64,000 nt of DNA. Origin: Amoebidium appalachense (taxonomy: Eukaryota > Protista > Ichthyosporea). The stretch lies in contig CAVNZM010000016.1 in NCBI GenBank assembly GCA_963693365.1, positions 2,405,984 through 2,469,983 on the forward strand. Direction: 5' to 3'. The notes under the pieces are model-generated. The model was not told the DNA's origin, did no database searches, and worked only from the letters and a program-made list of their open reading frames with translations. This document shows, in pieces, positions 47,348 to 61,257 of the stretch. Made by a program: the position numbers and the translations under genes. Position 1 is the stretch's first letter; each line of letters begins with the position of its first letter.

Positions 47348-47482
47348 CTCCCTACGCTCTCTCCCACCCCTACCCCACCCCAACCTCCACCTTCGTTCCT
47401 CTTCGGCACACTTTCAATCCCACAATCAAGCGGCAAAAGCTATAGTTTCTAGTTATGATAGGTTTGTGCATGGGGTTTTGGT

Positions 47483-50079
47483 GTGATAACCTCTCTAGGT
47501 CATCTGACCACTCTCCTATCCTTTTCCTACCTAAGATCTCCCTTGATCTGCTCCCCCCTCCCCCTCCCTCCTTTCGCCTCCGTCTATCCCAGCTTAAGTC
47601 ACAGTGGGGTAGAGTTGATGTATGTGTATGCTATGCTACGAAACACCCTATATATATGCGCCTATTAGAATCTGCACAAGCCAGGCCAGATTCACATCTC
47701 GTACTAGATACATGCACTAACTTTATTGTTGATGATTTGATAGATCTCGGTGATTATGCTGGCGGTGGTAGGAAGGAATATCCCGATGCTCTCTTGTTAC
47801 CAAACACCACTCCCGCTAGACTAGGTGAACCCCTGTCTCAAAAGGAAAGCTTGCGCCGGCTTGCTAGTATGAATCGATTTGGCCCCCCTGCTCGTATTAT
47901 TGGTGATACCACTGGAGACCCCCTCATAGACTCTGATAAGTATTTCTCGGAACTGTTTAAAGATAGGACCCCCGCTCAGAAACCTATTGTGTGGCCTGTA
48001 GACCCATCTATCCCCATAGAATCGATCCTCCCCTTTTTCAGTCCCGATGCCATATGGTCTGTGATATCTAGTTATAGCTCTAGTAAGTCTTGTGGACCTG
48101 ATGGACTCCCTGCTGGGTTTCTTAAAATCCTTGTTCCCTCCTACCCACAAAAGGAAAGTGATCGTGCTATTAAACCTGATCTTACTATCATGTTAAGCTC
48201 TCTCTTTTCTTGGTGTGTTAAATGTGGACATGTCCCGTCATCTTGGTTAGATACCTTAGTGATCCCCATAGTTAAGAAGGACTCTGAGGGCCCCATATCA
48301 TCCTTTCGCCCCATTACACTAACCCAGGTTGTTCGTAGATTCTTTGAAGCTTGCTTACTTAGGTTATTTGCACATCACCCTAGGTTTCAATCTATTCTTC
48401 ACATACACCCATGCCAATCCGCTTTTCGTAAAAACAATTCATGTTATGTTCAAATAATGGCACTGCACGATTCTATGCAAGTTGGTGCACAATATGTTGG
48501 CTTTATTGATTGGAAAACTGCTTACGATTCTGTCTCCCCTGGTCTCCTATGGGAAAAGCTTGCTGCACGGGGTGTACCACACTGCATTGGTGTTCTGTTA
48601 GAAGCACTCTTGTCTCAAACCTATGGTAGAGCTGTGGTTAATGGGCATCTTTCATATGGTTTTGCTCGTACTAGAGGTCTCTTGCAGGGTTCATTGCTTA
48701 GCCCCTTTTTGTTTAACCTATTTATAGATGATTTGGCTGTCAAGATTTACGCCGAAAACGATGACCCTATTAATAACTTTCCGCCTGCACTTCTCTATGC
48801 TGATGATCTGTCCCTCCTTGCCCGTACCCCTAGACGCCTGCAAAGATTGTTCGATTTAGTGTCAGAGTGGTGCAAGGCAAACCTTATGATCCTTAACATA
48901 GACAAATGTGGTGTTCTTGTACCTGATATAGCTAACAATTTACACACATTTACATTATCATCTAAACCTGTACCTATAGTTCCAGAATACAAATATCTTG
49001 GTGTTCCGGTTGATTCTGTTGGTGTTATGTTTCCCCATATGGTCGAAAAGAGGGTAGAGTTGGCTCGTAAGCGGTTAGCTTTCTTCTCGGCTAATATTTT
49101 TAAAGACACACCCCTCCATCCTTCTATTAGACTTACATTTATTCGCACTTTTGTCTTCCCGGCATGTGAATATGGTTTACCCCTTCTCGCCGCTTGGATC
49201 AAGAAAGAGAGAACTAGAGCGCTTAAACCCTTGGCAAATTTCCTTGAAGCAGAAGTTGCCTCCTTTCTATCTAACAACTGTTGTAAACCTGGGCCTGTAA
49301 CGCTCTCGATATATGGTCTGGTCCCAATAGCTGCTAGAGTATCCTATCTCGCGCTGAAATTCAATAAGCACATAAGCCGCTTAAAGAAGTATTTGCCCTC
49401 CCACCCTCTCTTCTCTATCCGACCTGTCCCCTCCTCACCTCTCCCCTCTTTCCTCCCCTCTCTCTCCCCTTCTCCCCTGGGCACAAATACAAATAAACCC
49501 CGCAATAGTGTGTGTGTGACTTTGGACTGCCACTTACTTATTAAACATGTACACAATCACAAGATAATCACGCAATATAACAAATGGAAAAAGATACCAC
49601 ACGACACTAGACCCGATGAAAGCATACACCTTGAAAAACTAAGCCTTATGTCTCGTTTTATATATACTGACCGCCTCAACCATATTGCCAAATATGGCAC
49701 TCGCAAGTGTATAACACCTAAATACATATTACCTTCCTGTAGAACTGGTCTTTCTCTAGCTGATGGTATTATTGATCAATTACCACGCTTTTACTGTACA
49801 CGTGCTATACAGTGGAGATCTAATAAGTATAAGGTGGCATCATTTGCATGCCCAAACAACACACACACACACCAGTTTAACCGGTCATGTATCGCCAAAT
49901 GTAGTTTGATAGACCACATAATACCGCAACACACACACGTCACATTCACAACAGACACCCAGAAAGATAGCCTACCTGTAAATTACAACATCCTTGATTT
50001 TATACTAAACACGCGTAACTACGACCTGTTTATTAGATGTATTGATTGGCTTGAGAAACACATCACTACAAAATTATAG
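47483..50079 (+). CDS. LINE ORF2 remnant: end of the APE domain, reverse transcriptase and C-terminal Cys/His region
   Basis: RT motifs KSCGPDGL, IPIVKK..FRPITL, QSAFR, FIDWKTAYDSV, GLLQGSLLSPFLFNLFIDDL, YADD, LNIDKC, YKYLGV. About 865 codons without a stop. Confidence 0.92.
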
Positions 50080-50083
50080 CGCA

Positions 50084-50150
<67 letters not shown>

Positions 50151-50182
50151 CCAGCTGATACCGAGTGTCCCGAGGGGAGCCC

Positions 50183-50241
<59 letters not shown>
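47483..50241 (+). mobile_element. 5'-truncated non-LTR retrotransposon (APE-type LINE) with a (CA)n 3' UTR and a 55-nt poly(A) tail
   Basis: Poly(A) at 50187-50241 after the RT ORF. The 5' end starts abruptly just before the terminal APE endonuclease motif SDHSPI. No LTRs and no clear target-site duplication. Confidence 0.9.
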
Positions 50242-50242
<1 letters not shown>

Positions 50243-51119
50243 GGGGAACCCCAACTAATTGATTTCTCCTTGTAGTCTTTATGGTGTCTCGTAGAGAAAG
50301 TAAACCCTGATATATAGTCACCACCCGACATCTATGTACGTGATCATGATATACCGCTGAGGGGATATTCCGAGCAAAACCCCCCCCCCCATACCTGAGA
50401 CTGGTTCTCTTTGCCTCGAGTAAACAGCGTAAACCCCATTTCCATATACGTCTCGGTAAAACTGCATGAAACGATTAATTGCATCTTGATATGTAGAGAT
50501 CGGACGTTGTGCTACATATCATGATGCACTCAATGGTCTCATGCAATTTAATCCCAGGCCTATATGGCAACCACACCAAACCAAATTCAGCAATAGTCAT
50601 AATACATGAACCGCACCAAATATTATACGCTACACGCTGTATTTGCTAAGATGATAGTATGTCCGTTATACCCATTCGCTTTATAGTTTAGTCATCACCG
50701 TCAGCCACCCATGCCACTGGTCGAATGCGTCGAATTGCAAGAGCCTCCCCAACTAGCCTGCCTCAAAATGCCGCGGTGCTGCTAGCTCTACGACTTTATT
50801 CAATGTTAAGCTTTGGTCTGAATGGGGTCACTGCAACGCGTGCTGAGCGTTTTGAAAGTATCCGCTAATATGGTTTATTCACAGGCAGCATCTAATGTCT
50901 CAAGCTGTATGAAAATAACGCCAACCCCATGGCCGAAGTTTGCTGCTTCAACGGGAAGAGTGAACCAGAGTAATCATCGGTAATGCATCATAGATGTCAT
51001 GCTTCATTTCACTAGTGTGGCCCAGATACTACACTCGTTACGTCTTCATGAGTGAGCCTGAATAAGCTCTGGTCACACCATCGCCGCATCAACCTGTGTG
51101 TGTGTATGTGTGTGCATGT

Positions 51120-51370
<251 letters not shown>

Positions 51371-51769
51371 TCTCCCTCCTCTCCGTGCGTGTGTGCGTGT
51401 GCTAAGGTAGAGCTTTGCACAGCAAGGATGGGAAACATGCCATAGGGCGGAGGGGGAGGGGGAGGAGAGGATAGGGCAGTAGCCTGGGGATGGCATGTTG
51501 GCACCAGGGTGGGGTTCGCTAGCCACATGTACAGTGGGAGGTTTTAGCTACTGTGAAGTGTTGAGTGTTGCGAATCTTGCCCTCAGTAATTAGATGGTGA
51601 ATCGGGGATAAACTTAGCGCGCACACACACACACAAACACACACACACATACATACGCACACATGTATGCACACACACTTGCACGGGCGCACTAGTACAA
51701 GCATATACAAACAGACACACACGATTTGCGCACACACGCACACACACACATGCATGCACGCACGCACAC

Positions 51770-51886
<117 letters not shown>

Positions 51887-53035
51887 GGCGGGCAGGCGGG
51901 GAGAGCGGGAGGGGGGGGGGGGGGGGGGAGGGGGAGGGGGAGGGGAGGGGGGGCATGTGGAGCCTGAATCGTAATTACTTGCTGAGTGCTGCCACGGCAT
52001 ACACTCAGTGTCTACCAGCTTCCAGTGTCTAAACACCAATACCAGTCATGCTTAACCACAGGTGTTCGTTCTTACTGTAACACTCGAAACGCATAACCCC
52101 CTCCCCCCCCCCCCCCCCTTCCCTCCGTTCCCAATACACCCCCCTCCCACCCTCCCTTCCCCACCCACTACGACACCCACCCACCAACCCCAATTCCTCT
52201 CCTTGGCACTTTTCCAACACCACAATTACGGGCACAAATACTAATTTCAGAGTAATTTGGATCGTGCATGGGAAGGTCGGGTGCTGAATTTGCAATATAT
52301 GCACATGCAGTGCTATGCATGTGCAGCTGCCGTAGGAATTCTCCCATGCCGGCAATGCAGATTTGTGTCCGGACAGGAAAAACAGGGCACCCAAAACATA
52401 CATCTTGCTAAATGTGAGATAGTATTCATATAGCCATTCTCGGTCTGCTGTATGTTAATGAAAGCTTTTGTTTTAACCTCTTTATTGAGGCCTCATTCCG
52501 TACTGTCGTCTTTCAATGAGCACCGGTGTCTGCTAAACAGCCCCATAAGCCCCGGGGCCCCCTCCCCCACCCACCCGCCCCGGGGCCTTTGAACCCACCA
52601 GCACCCACACACACACCATGGCCGTGGGTCATGTAGTGTTACATGTAGGCCACCACCAATCCCAGCCATAATTAGAATTGACATAGCAGGGTTAACTTTG
52701 TTGCACTCCTCCCTCCCCCCCCCCCCCCCCCCCCCTCCCCCCCCTTCGCACACACACAAGCACACACACACACACACACACACACACCCGCACAAACATA
52801 CATCATGATCACCTGCCAGGGGTGCCCTGGAACAGGAGATTTTGCATTGTATGCTTCCCTGGAGATTTTTTGACAAGAAAAAGCCTCTTAGCTTTAGCTA
52901 ATTCTTGCATTGTTCGCTATGGATATGGATCACTCATTCTCTCCCTCAACCCCCCCCCCCCCCCCCCCCCCCCCCCTTCTCTCTCTCTTGGTCTCCCTCT
53001 CTCTCTCGCACATTATCTAACTCCCTCTCTAGGTC

Positions 53036-53072
<37 letters not shown>

Positions 53073-53174
53073 CCCCCATCCCTCCCTCCAGCCCTCCCTC
53101 TCTCGACCCCCCACCACCCTCTCCCCCCAACCTCTCTCTCTTTTTTCCTTCCCCCCCCCCCCCCCCCCCTCCCC

Positions 53175-53240
<66 letters not shown>

Positions 53241-54071
53241 CTCTCGCTCTCTCTGTCGCTCTCTATGTGTCTCTCCCTCTCCACCCACACGTACGCGTGC
53301 GTGTTTTATTGTAGAAATCCGCATAGCAAGGATTGACAACATGCCATCAGAGGCGGGGGGGGGGGGGGGGGGGAGGGGGGAGGGGGTGGAGAGGGAGAGG
53401 CGGAAAGAGGGAGAGAGAGATGGGGGGGGGGGAGAGGGAGAGAGAGAGAGAGAGAGGGAGAGAGATGGGGAGGGATGGATCGAGAGACGGGGGGCGGCGG
53501 GGGGGGGGGGGGGGGGGGGGGGAGGGGAGGGAGGAGGGGAGGGAGAGAGAAAGAGCTGAGCGAGAGAGAGAGAAGGGGCTGGGCCAGTTGCTTAGCTATA
53601 GGAGGTCTAAAAGTGGGATGGGTGTCTTAACAACAGTGGGAAGGCAGTAGCTACAGTACTGTGAAGTTCCGAGTGCTGTGACTGTTGCCCTTTTCAAGTT
53701 TTCCGGGTAAAGCTAGCACACACGCGCGCACGTGCAGCTGTCTTCGCGGACACACGCACACACACACATACACATGCACGCACGTGCACGTACACACGCA
53801 CACACACACACACACACACACCGCACGCACGCTCACGTACACACACACACGCGCGCGCGCGCACTTCACCCACACACGCACATGTACATACAGACAGATA
53901 TACACGCATACAGACACACACTACCACACACACACACACACACACGCACAAGCACACGCACACGCACATACACACGCACATACACACACACCGCGACACA
54001 CACACACGTGGCACACACACGCACACACACGCACCGCGACACACACACACACACGCACACACACGCACCGT

Positions 54072-54190
<119 letters not shown>

Positions 54191-54351
54191 CTCACTCACT
54201 CACTCACACGCACACACACACACACACACAAACACAAACACACACACACGCACGCACATACGCACACGCACTAATCATAGCCGTACGTGAGCGTGCACAT
54301 GTGGCGTACGCATCACCAGGCGCACAGTAGCCAGGGGGCAAGCCTGAGCTG

Positions 54352-54410
54352 ATTGGGCTGGGCTTTTAGGTCACCAATCAGATTGAAGTGATTTTGGTAG
54401 GTATGATTGG
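54352..54410. promoter_or_regulatory. Cluster of three CCAAT boxes upstream of the 55231 gene
   Basis: ATTGG at 54352 and 54406, CCAAT at 54374. Function inferred only. Confidence 0.3.
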
Positions 54411-55230
54411 GCAAGCGCGCACCGGTGTCCCCCACTACTCCATTATGGACCCCGAAATCACATTTCTATCTCGAGTACAATTCAAAGCACGCGGATTTAT
54501 ATGTTATCCCGATTTAACATGGCAGTGGATTTCGGAAACTTGAAAGTCCTTAAATATGCACATATAGAGTTTAAAAATGTTAAATTGTGCTTCTATATGG
54601 CAAGGTTCGATCGTTAAATGACCAAGTGCTCCTATAGTTTATGAAATACGACTTTTAATTTGTGTGATAGTCGAGCTGAATTTGCGCGGGGGTTTACACC
54701 ATAGAGGTCTTGGGAGATACACAACGGATCAGTTGCAACGCCGTGAGAAACGCGTCACAAGCTACTGAGCTTTCTTGACCTTCATTCCAACCCACCCTCG
54801 CAGCATGCAACAGCCGCCCTTGGGAAGTTGGCTTGTCATAGTTGGTTTGTCATGCACGGGCAACAAACAAATCAATTTTATTTTTTTCTTTTATGATCAA
54901 ATTGGCACAGCACTGATGTACTTTATTTAAGGGTACACCGTTACTGTACATGTAACAGCGGGTACGCGCAGTTTCACTGAGCTCGAGCATAGAAACAGTG
55001 CTGCAAATGCCGTGATACGTTGTGCATGTGCCACCAAACTCCCATGCAATGGCTTACATCCCCTTCATTTAGGTTTTCTCAGTTTGGTATTTTTCTGTGA
55101 ACGTATTCCACAGTCCGAGGCCCGGCCAAATTTTGTATCAAAGTTTTACGAGCACCATACTGAATGCGACCGCATCCACACAATTCTATGAGCACCACAC
55201 AAGCAAATCTAACATACTCAACAACTAGAA

Positions 55231-57432
55231 ATGAGGCAACACAAAAAATGGACGGGAGGGTGGCTGTTTGCAGGCGGGATGGAGCGTACCACCCGCATTG
55301 TTTCCGTCGTTGTCCTGTGTGGCGTATTTTTTGTTGCGCTAAAGTACGTCAAACACGACACTACACATCAGTACACAATGACCGAAATATCGAAGGTGAT
55401 TCAAAACTGGACACCATTCTACGTTACGTTAGACTATGACAACAGCAACACAACACAAAACATAAGAATTCACCCAACCACCACACTCACACCAGGTCCA
55501 GTAAATGGAAACGGGAGCGAGCTTTTTGAACCAGAGGGAGAAAGTGAATGTGAGAAACAGATACCAACCAACCACGTAAGTGTACGTCCATTGGATATGG
55601 ACTTTGAAAATTCGCGCCGGAGGTCTGTGTCTCGTCGGTGGGGATTCGACGTGGATTTTCGCCCGTATTTTTTCGAGTACAAACATTACAACATGAACGA
55701 GTGTAGCACCGGACCGGTAATAAAACCCGGAAATTTGGACGCGCAGGGGGTTTTGCACACAACAAACCCCTTCCTTTCGTCTCTCGGGGTGAATTTTACT
55801 AATTTGGGCCCTGCGGCACAACAATTGTTTCACTCGCACACGGTAGACCAGGGGTATCTGGAAAAGGGGGACCTCCCGTTCAGTTACCGATACAACATCG
55901 ACAACTTGTACGTGAGAACAAATACGCTTAGTGCTACCATCACCGAAGGGAACTTGTTCACTTCGAGTGCAAGTCAGAACCAATACGCCCCCTTCGTTAG
56001 CTCTTCTCAGGGTGGTACTTCGTTTCGCGCCGAGGTAGTCGTTTTTCGTACGGAGGAGTTGTATTGCCCCCCTCCCATCGTTAGATCTTTTGCGCAAAAC
56101 TCAACCCAATCAGAAGCCGAGGAGCCCGCCGCGGGCATTCACGCGGGAATGCCGCTTCTCGTCCGGATCACGTGCAGGGTGTTTGACCGTTTTGATGGAA
56201 AATACGACATGAAATGCCCCCTGGCAACGGCGCACGATTTGTTTGCTCGGCACAATATCACGTGTCTTGGATACAATCTCACCCTTCACGCCGAATACAC
56301 GCACTTTAACGGCGTGCGTCCGCGGGTATTTCGTTCGTTGACCCGACCCGAACCCGATTCGGACGGTGGGTTTTACCAACGGACGCTTCTTCCTTACAAC
56401 GCCGAACTGTTCGCAAACGAAACTGTTGCAGCCAATCGAATTAAGCCGTTGCAGAGAAAACGGCTTCAATACTGCACGATGAGCCAATTGCGCGAGGGGT
56501 TTTCGGACGGTGGGGCTTTTGTTGAATCGGTCAGCCCGGCGGGTCTCGAAGTCGGTGAAATTACGTCCATGCTTGATTGGTTGCCTAGCAGTAAGTGCAG
56601 GATTTTGCCTTTCGAAAGGAATATGATTGGCCCAATAACGACACACACGTACGGGAGCACGACACTCGGGGAACATTTAAAAATGTGCTTATCCAATAGG
56701 GTGGGGCGGATCTCGCTGGTGGGCGCGTCGCACATGCGCTACAACTATGATTTCATCGCGCACGATTTGGGAATTCGCGATGGAAATCTCCCATTGAAGC
56801 ACAGAGATCACAGTTATATGGACGGGTGGCTGTCCTTCACGTGGAGGAATTTCTATGGCGGGATGAAGGAAAAAGCCGCGCAAATGGACCGGGAATACCG
56901 GGAGAATGCACGGCAGGAGGCCGGGAGCATTTGGAACTGGCCCGGTTTTTCGTTTGTCCGGGGTAAAAAACCGGAAGATGTGTTTTTCTTTCAGACGGGG
57001 GCATGGGACACCCCGTTCTGCCCGGACAGTGCGGCGCTTTTGCACGCCGTGGATGGCCTAATATCCACTCTTAATAACATGACCAAACCGGAAATTACGG
57101 TTGAAAACAACGGTGAAATCCAACCCCCGACGGTTTTCCTAATGTCAACGCCACCCTATCCGCATTCGAAATTCGACTGCAAATTCCGGAGATTGAGGCG
57201 GAACCCATTGGCACAGGCGCTAGCGGAGTTGCAACAGGCTTACGTAAGTGCTCTTAACGGGACGATTCGATTCGTCGATTTTTTCTCGCTGGCAGCGGCC
57301 CATGCTGATTGGACGGTGTGTGGGAGCCATTTTGTGTGCCCCAACCCGATGAAGGGAGGGGAATTTACGGGTAGAATAGGAAAGGCAGGGGTTGCATTGA
57401 TGCTGAATATGATTTGCGGTGAATTGAGTTGA
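55231..57432 (+). CDS. Intronless type II membrane glycoprotein, NXPE/PC-esterase (SGNH-like acyl-esterase/acyltransferase) family, 733 aa
   Basis: Long clean ORF with an N-terminal TM anchor (IVSVVVLCGVFFVAL) and many N-x-S/T sites. DRFDGKY resembles the NXPE Ig-like segment. SGNH-like blocks ISLVGASHMRY, FFFQTGAWD and VCGSHF. Confidence 0.75.
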   Translation: MRQHKKWTGGWLFAGGMERTTRIVSVVVLCGVFFVALKYVKHDTTHQYTMTEISKVIQNWTPFYVTLDYDNSNTTQNIRIHPTTTLTPGPVNGNGSELFEPEGESECEKQIPTNHVSVRPLDMDFENSRRRSVSRRWGFDVDFRPYFFEYKHYNMNECSTGPVIKPGNLDAQGVLHTTNPFLSSLGVNFTNLGPAAQQLFHSHTVDQGYLEKGDLPFSYRYNIDNLYVRTNTLSATITEGNLFTSSASQNQYAPFVSSSQGGTSFRAEVVVFRTEELYCPPPIVRSFAQNSTQSEAEEPAAGIHAGMPLLVRITCRVFDRFDGKYDMKCPLATAHDLFARHNITCLGYNLTLHAEYTHFNGVRPRVFRSLTRPEPDSDGGFYQRTLLPYNAELFANETVAANRIKPLQRKRLQYCTMSQLREGFSDGGAFVESVSPAGLEVGEITSMLDWLPSSKCRILPFERNMIGPITTHTYGSTTLGEHLKMCLSNRVGRISLVGASHMRYNYDFIAHDLGIRDGNLPLKHRDHSYMDGWLSFTWRNFYGGMKEKAAQMDREYRENARQEAGSIWNWPGFSFVRGKKPEDVFFFQTGAWDTPFCPDSAALLHAVDGLISTLNNMTKPEITVENNGEIQPPTVFLMSTPPYPHSKFDCKFRRLRRNPLAQALAELQQAYVSALNGTIRFVDFFSLAAAHADWTVCGSHFVCPNPMKGGEFTGRIGKAGVALMLNMICGELS

Positions 57433-57685
57433 ATATTCTTTTTGAAATTTCGAATTTTGACTATGGGATAGTAATGATTATGTGGATTGATTGCGATTTA
57501 GCATGTATGAACGGTGAAAGGTTTGGTTTTGTTCGATTGGAGCAATGCATACGTAATATCGGGATGAATGGGCTTCTTGCCCCTCTAGACACACGCAAGC
57601 GTGCACACATACCACACACATACGCATGCACACATGCGCACACACACACCCGCACACACACACACACACACACACAGACACACAT

Positions 57686-57762
<77 letters not shown>

Positions 57763-58242
57763 CACACACATGCGCGCGCGCAAACACAATCAGCCCCACA
57801 GTGCCGTGGACACACACGTTTTCACGAAAGCCTGTCTCTCTGTCCTAGCCGATCTAGATTTGTACAGTTGGAAGCCGTTATTAATTTTCATTGCTCTCAT
57901 GAGGGGTGGTGTGACTTACTCCCCTAGTGTACAGGCTACACATTTCAGTAATCTAGAGCAGTATGTCATGCCGTGCCAGCCATCCAGTAAATAATTACTA
58001 TTGACAGGAACCCCCCCCCCCCCCCCCTTCTGGGGTAGACGTGCTTGCGCACATATATATGAGCCAAGCATAACCCTTCTATTCAAAGTAGCCGGGGCTT
58101 GTTCTTCTATTTGGACCATAAAACTGATACCGTGACACGCACACAGATGCATGCAATTGCATGCGTCTGCCTGTGTGCACATGTACGTGCGTTGAGTGGG
58201 AAAGGGGGATGTAGAGGCGGCGGTGTGGGGAGCGGGGTGGCT

Positions 58243-58278
<36 letters not shown>

Positions 58279-58826
58279 GCTGCTGGTTTCTTCTTTATTG
58301 GAGATTTGAGCACGTTTGCGATTTGAATCAAGATAACGCCTGGCCGGCAGGTGTGTCTTAAAAAAAAAAAAAAAGGGGGGGGGGGGGGGGGGGGGGGGGG
58401 CGAAAGTCGAAAATTATTAGGCATTTGGCCTTAGTGATCTAATAATAAGTATCACCCACCACGATGTATATTATCTCAGAATCATTCAACCACTCGTATG
58501 AACATGTGTTGCGAATACAAAGTTGAGAATACTGAATGCATGCACATTATCACCAGTATGATCGCATACACCGTAAGTCGTGCTCAGTGGCCCAGATCAA
58601 TACCAGATACGCATGATTGAGAAAGAGGTATTGTACCGTCGACATTCTTTCGTTAGGACTTCAGTTTCGTGCACAGGGGAACACAGGTGTGCCTGTGCCT
58701 GTGTGTGTGTGTGTGTGTGAGTGAGTGTGAGTGTGAGTGTGTGTGTGTGTATGTGTACACAAGTGCGAGTGTGCGGCGCATGCCTATGTGTAGAAATCAG
58801 TTGAGAGGAGTAGTCAACTTGCTAAC

Positions 58827-58873
<47 letters not shown>

Positions 58874-58933
58874 AGACACACTCACCCACCCCACCACCCC
58901 ACATCCACACCTTCCCGGAATAGCAGACGCCCA

Positions 58934-59416
58934 CTAAGAGCCCCCCCTTTCCACCTCCCCATCCACCCGCATGCCCATGACAACAACATTCTTATTCGAA
59001 CCAATATTCTCATCGATCGCCATATTTTTCCGATCGGATCGCAATCCTGCATACAACCACGTGCACCAATACTGATAATCGTAAACACGCAGTGCACGGG
59101 CCTTATTAATCACCGTTCTATCCTTTCTTGGAAGGCAGCACGGACATAGAATTATCGCTGAAATTTCGCCCGTGCGATTGAAAACGTCGATTACGCGGCT
59201 GGAGAGGTAGCCGCACAGGTGTATCCCCAGCAGGATTGCAACCTTCTTATTGGTTGCTGCGAGCGTGTTGGTGATCAGGGTCTCAAACGATGGAAAATTG
59301 ATGTCCTGCAATTCATGTCTGTGTTAGGTCATGAACGAATGGCCACCACAGTTGAGCCAACCAAACACACACTAAATTTGCACTTACTGGGTCCCCCGTA
59401 TTGGCAAGAGCAGCCC

Positions 59417-59464
<48 letters not shown>

Positions 59465-59642
59465 GATGTATGCTTTAGAGGGTTGGAAATATGGAGGAGA
59501 CGACAAAGAGCAACAACAAAACGTCACAAACGTGGGAAATCCAAAATCAAACAATTAAGCGTGCAGGCAGAAGACACTTGAACAAAGCCCATCATCAGGG
59601 GGGTTCCTATGCCTCCACAAAAGCATGGGTTTCGACTCTTTA

Positions 59643-59698
<56 letters not shown>

Positions 59699-59998
59699 AA
59701 GAAAGAAAACGAAAAAAAACATCCACACATATCCCCCCCACCCCCCCCCCCCCCCCTCCGGCCGTTTGAAAACACCCACACCCACACACCAACCAACTTA
59801 TCCCCAAACACACACACACGGGTAGGGAAAACAGAATATCCCAATCCCCCCCCCCCCCGGGCCCATGCTCTTCTCTCCTCCCTGCAACCTTCTTACCCGA
59901 AAGGGGGGAGAGGGGGGGGGGGGGGGGGGGGGGGGGGGTAAGCCTCGTAAGGGGGGAGAAAGATAAGAGGGGGGGGGGGGGGGGGGAGGGGGGGGGGG

Positions 59999-60043
<45 letters not shown>

Positions 60044-60155
60044 GGGGGACGGTGGGGGGTGTCATCTTTAAAAGGGTTGAAAATATGGAGGATACATCAA
60101 AGGACATAACACAAAACGTCACCCCCCCCCCCCCCCCCCCCTCCTCCCTCCCCCC

Positions 60156-60190
<35 letters not shown>

Positions 60191-60400
60191 CCAAAAATAA
60201 AGAAATATCAAACCTCGGGGGCATGGTATATGTTCGAGGATAGGTGACGGAAGCAAAACCAGATTTGCGGGGGGGGGGGGGGGGAGGGGGGGGAGGGGGG
60301 TGGATGAGGGCCAACGAGGGAATGTATGCTACTGGATGTATGGAAACGCAGGTGAAGTGGGCGGGGGTGGGAGTGAAGGGGGTTTGAAAAGGGCGGGAGG

Positions 60401-60435
<35 letters not shown>

Positions 60436-61257
60436 TAATACAGGTTGGGAAGGAAGCTCTGAACCGCAAACATTCATTACGACAAAAGCCCCCCCCCACC
60501 CCCCCCAATCACCCCATGTGGCAAATAGGGGGGGGGGGGGAGGGGGGAGGGAGGGGTAGGCACCCACCTGCTTGGCGTATTTGATGTTCGGAAACCCCCC
60601 CACGTGGTCATAGTTGCAGCGGGGGTTCTTGTCCACCATCAGAATTTCAGAGTCTGGAAACATGAGCGCAAGCAAAAGGGTGCCTATGCCCTTCCCGGCG
60701 CATATGTCAAAGAAGAGGATGTCGCCCGAGCGAATTTCATCCAAAGAGTCCCCCCGTTTTTTACCGTTCAGCAGCCGCAAATTGATGTCCTTGAGAACTT
60801 TCATGACCACCTCGGCCACCCCACATGCCTCCGTCACCTCCTTTTTCAACGTCTTGAAATTGTGCAAGGACGAAAATTGGGCCTCCCTAAGTCTTTTCAT
60901 GAGCCCCCTGTCTATGAAATTTCGCAAATGTTCATTGTCTCCCGTCTTCCCTTGGTACTCAAGGTAGTCTATTGTCCTCCACCCGCGTCTATCCAGATCC
61001 TCGGGGAAAACGGTTGGCTTTTTCGGTTTATGCATGCCCCGCCAGTCCTCGTTCGACTTACTGTCGGCGCCTCCAACGAATTTCGGAGTTATTTTCCCAT
61101 TTCTCCTGCTCCGCATGTGCTTTGGCTTTTCGACCCCTCCATTTACCTCGTCCATTTTGCCCTCCTGTTTTTGACCTAATCCCTCCGGTACATTCGTCTT
61201 TGGCCCATCAGATCCCGGCAAGTCATCATCGGTAAAATCTACCCCGTGATGTTTCAT
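58934..61257 (-). CDS. SAM-dependent methyltransferase, Methyltransf_32 (METTL25/RRNAD1/GSTCD-like) type; 2 exons, 353 aa
   Basis: Exons 60568-61257 and 58934-59305 (phase 0, GT-AG). Motifs KKEVTE, FFDICAGKGIG (motif I), MVDKN, GIHLCGYLS and ILCPCC. Confidence 0.82.

Noticed and set aside
47455-47482. ATG at 47455 as the native start of the retrotransposon ORF
   Set aside because: This stretch aligns with the paralogous host blocks near 44820 and 52260, and almost all of the APE domain is missing.
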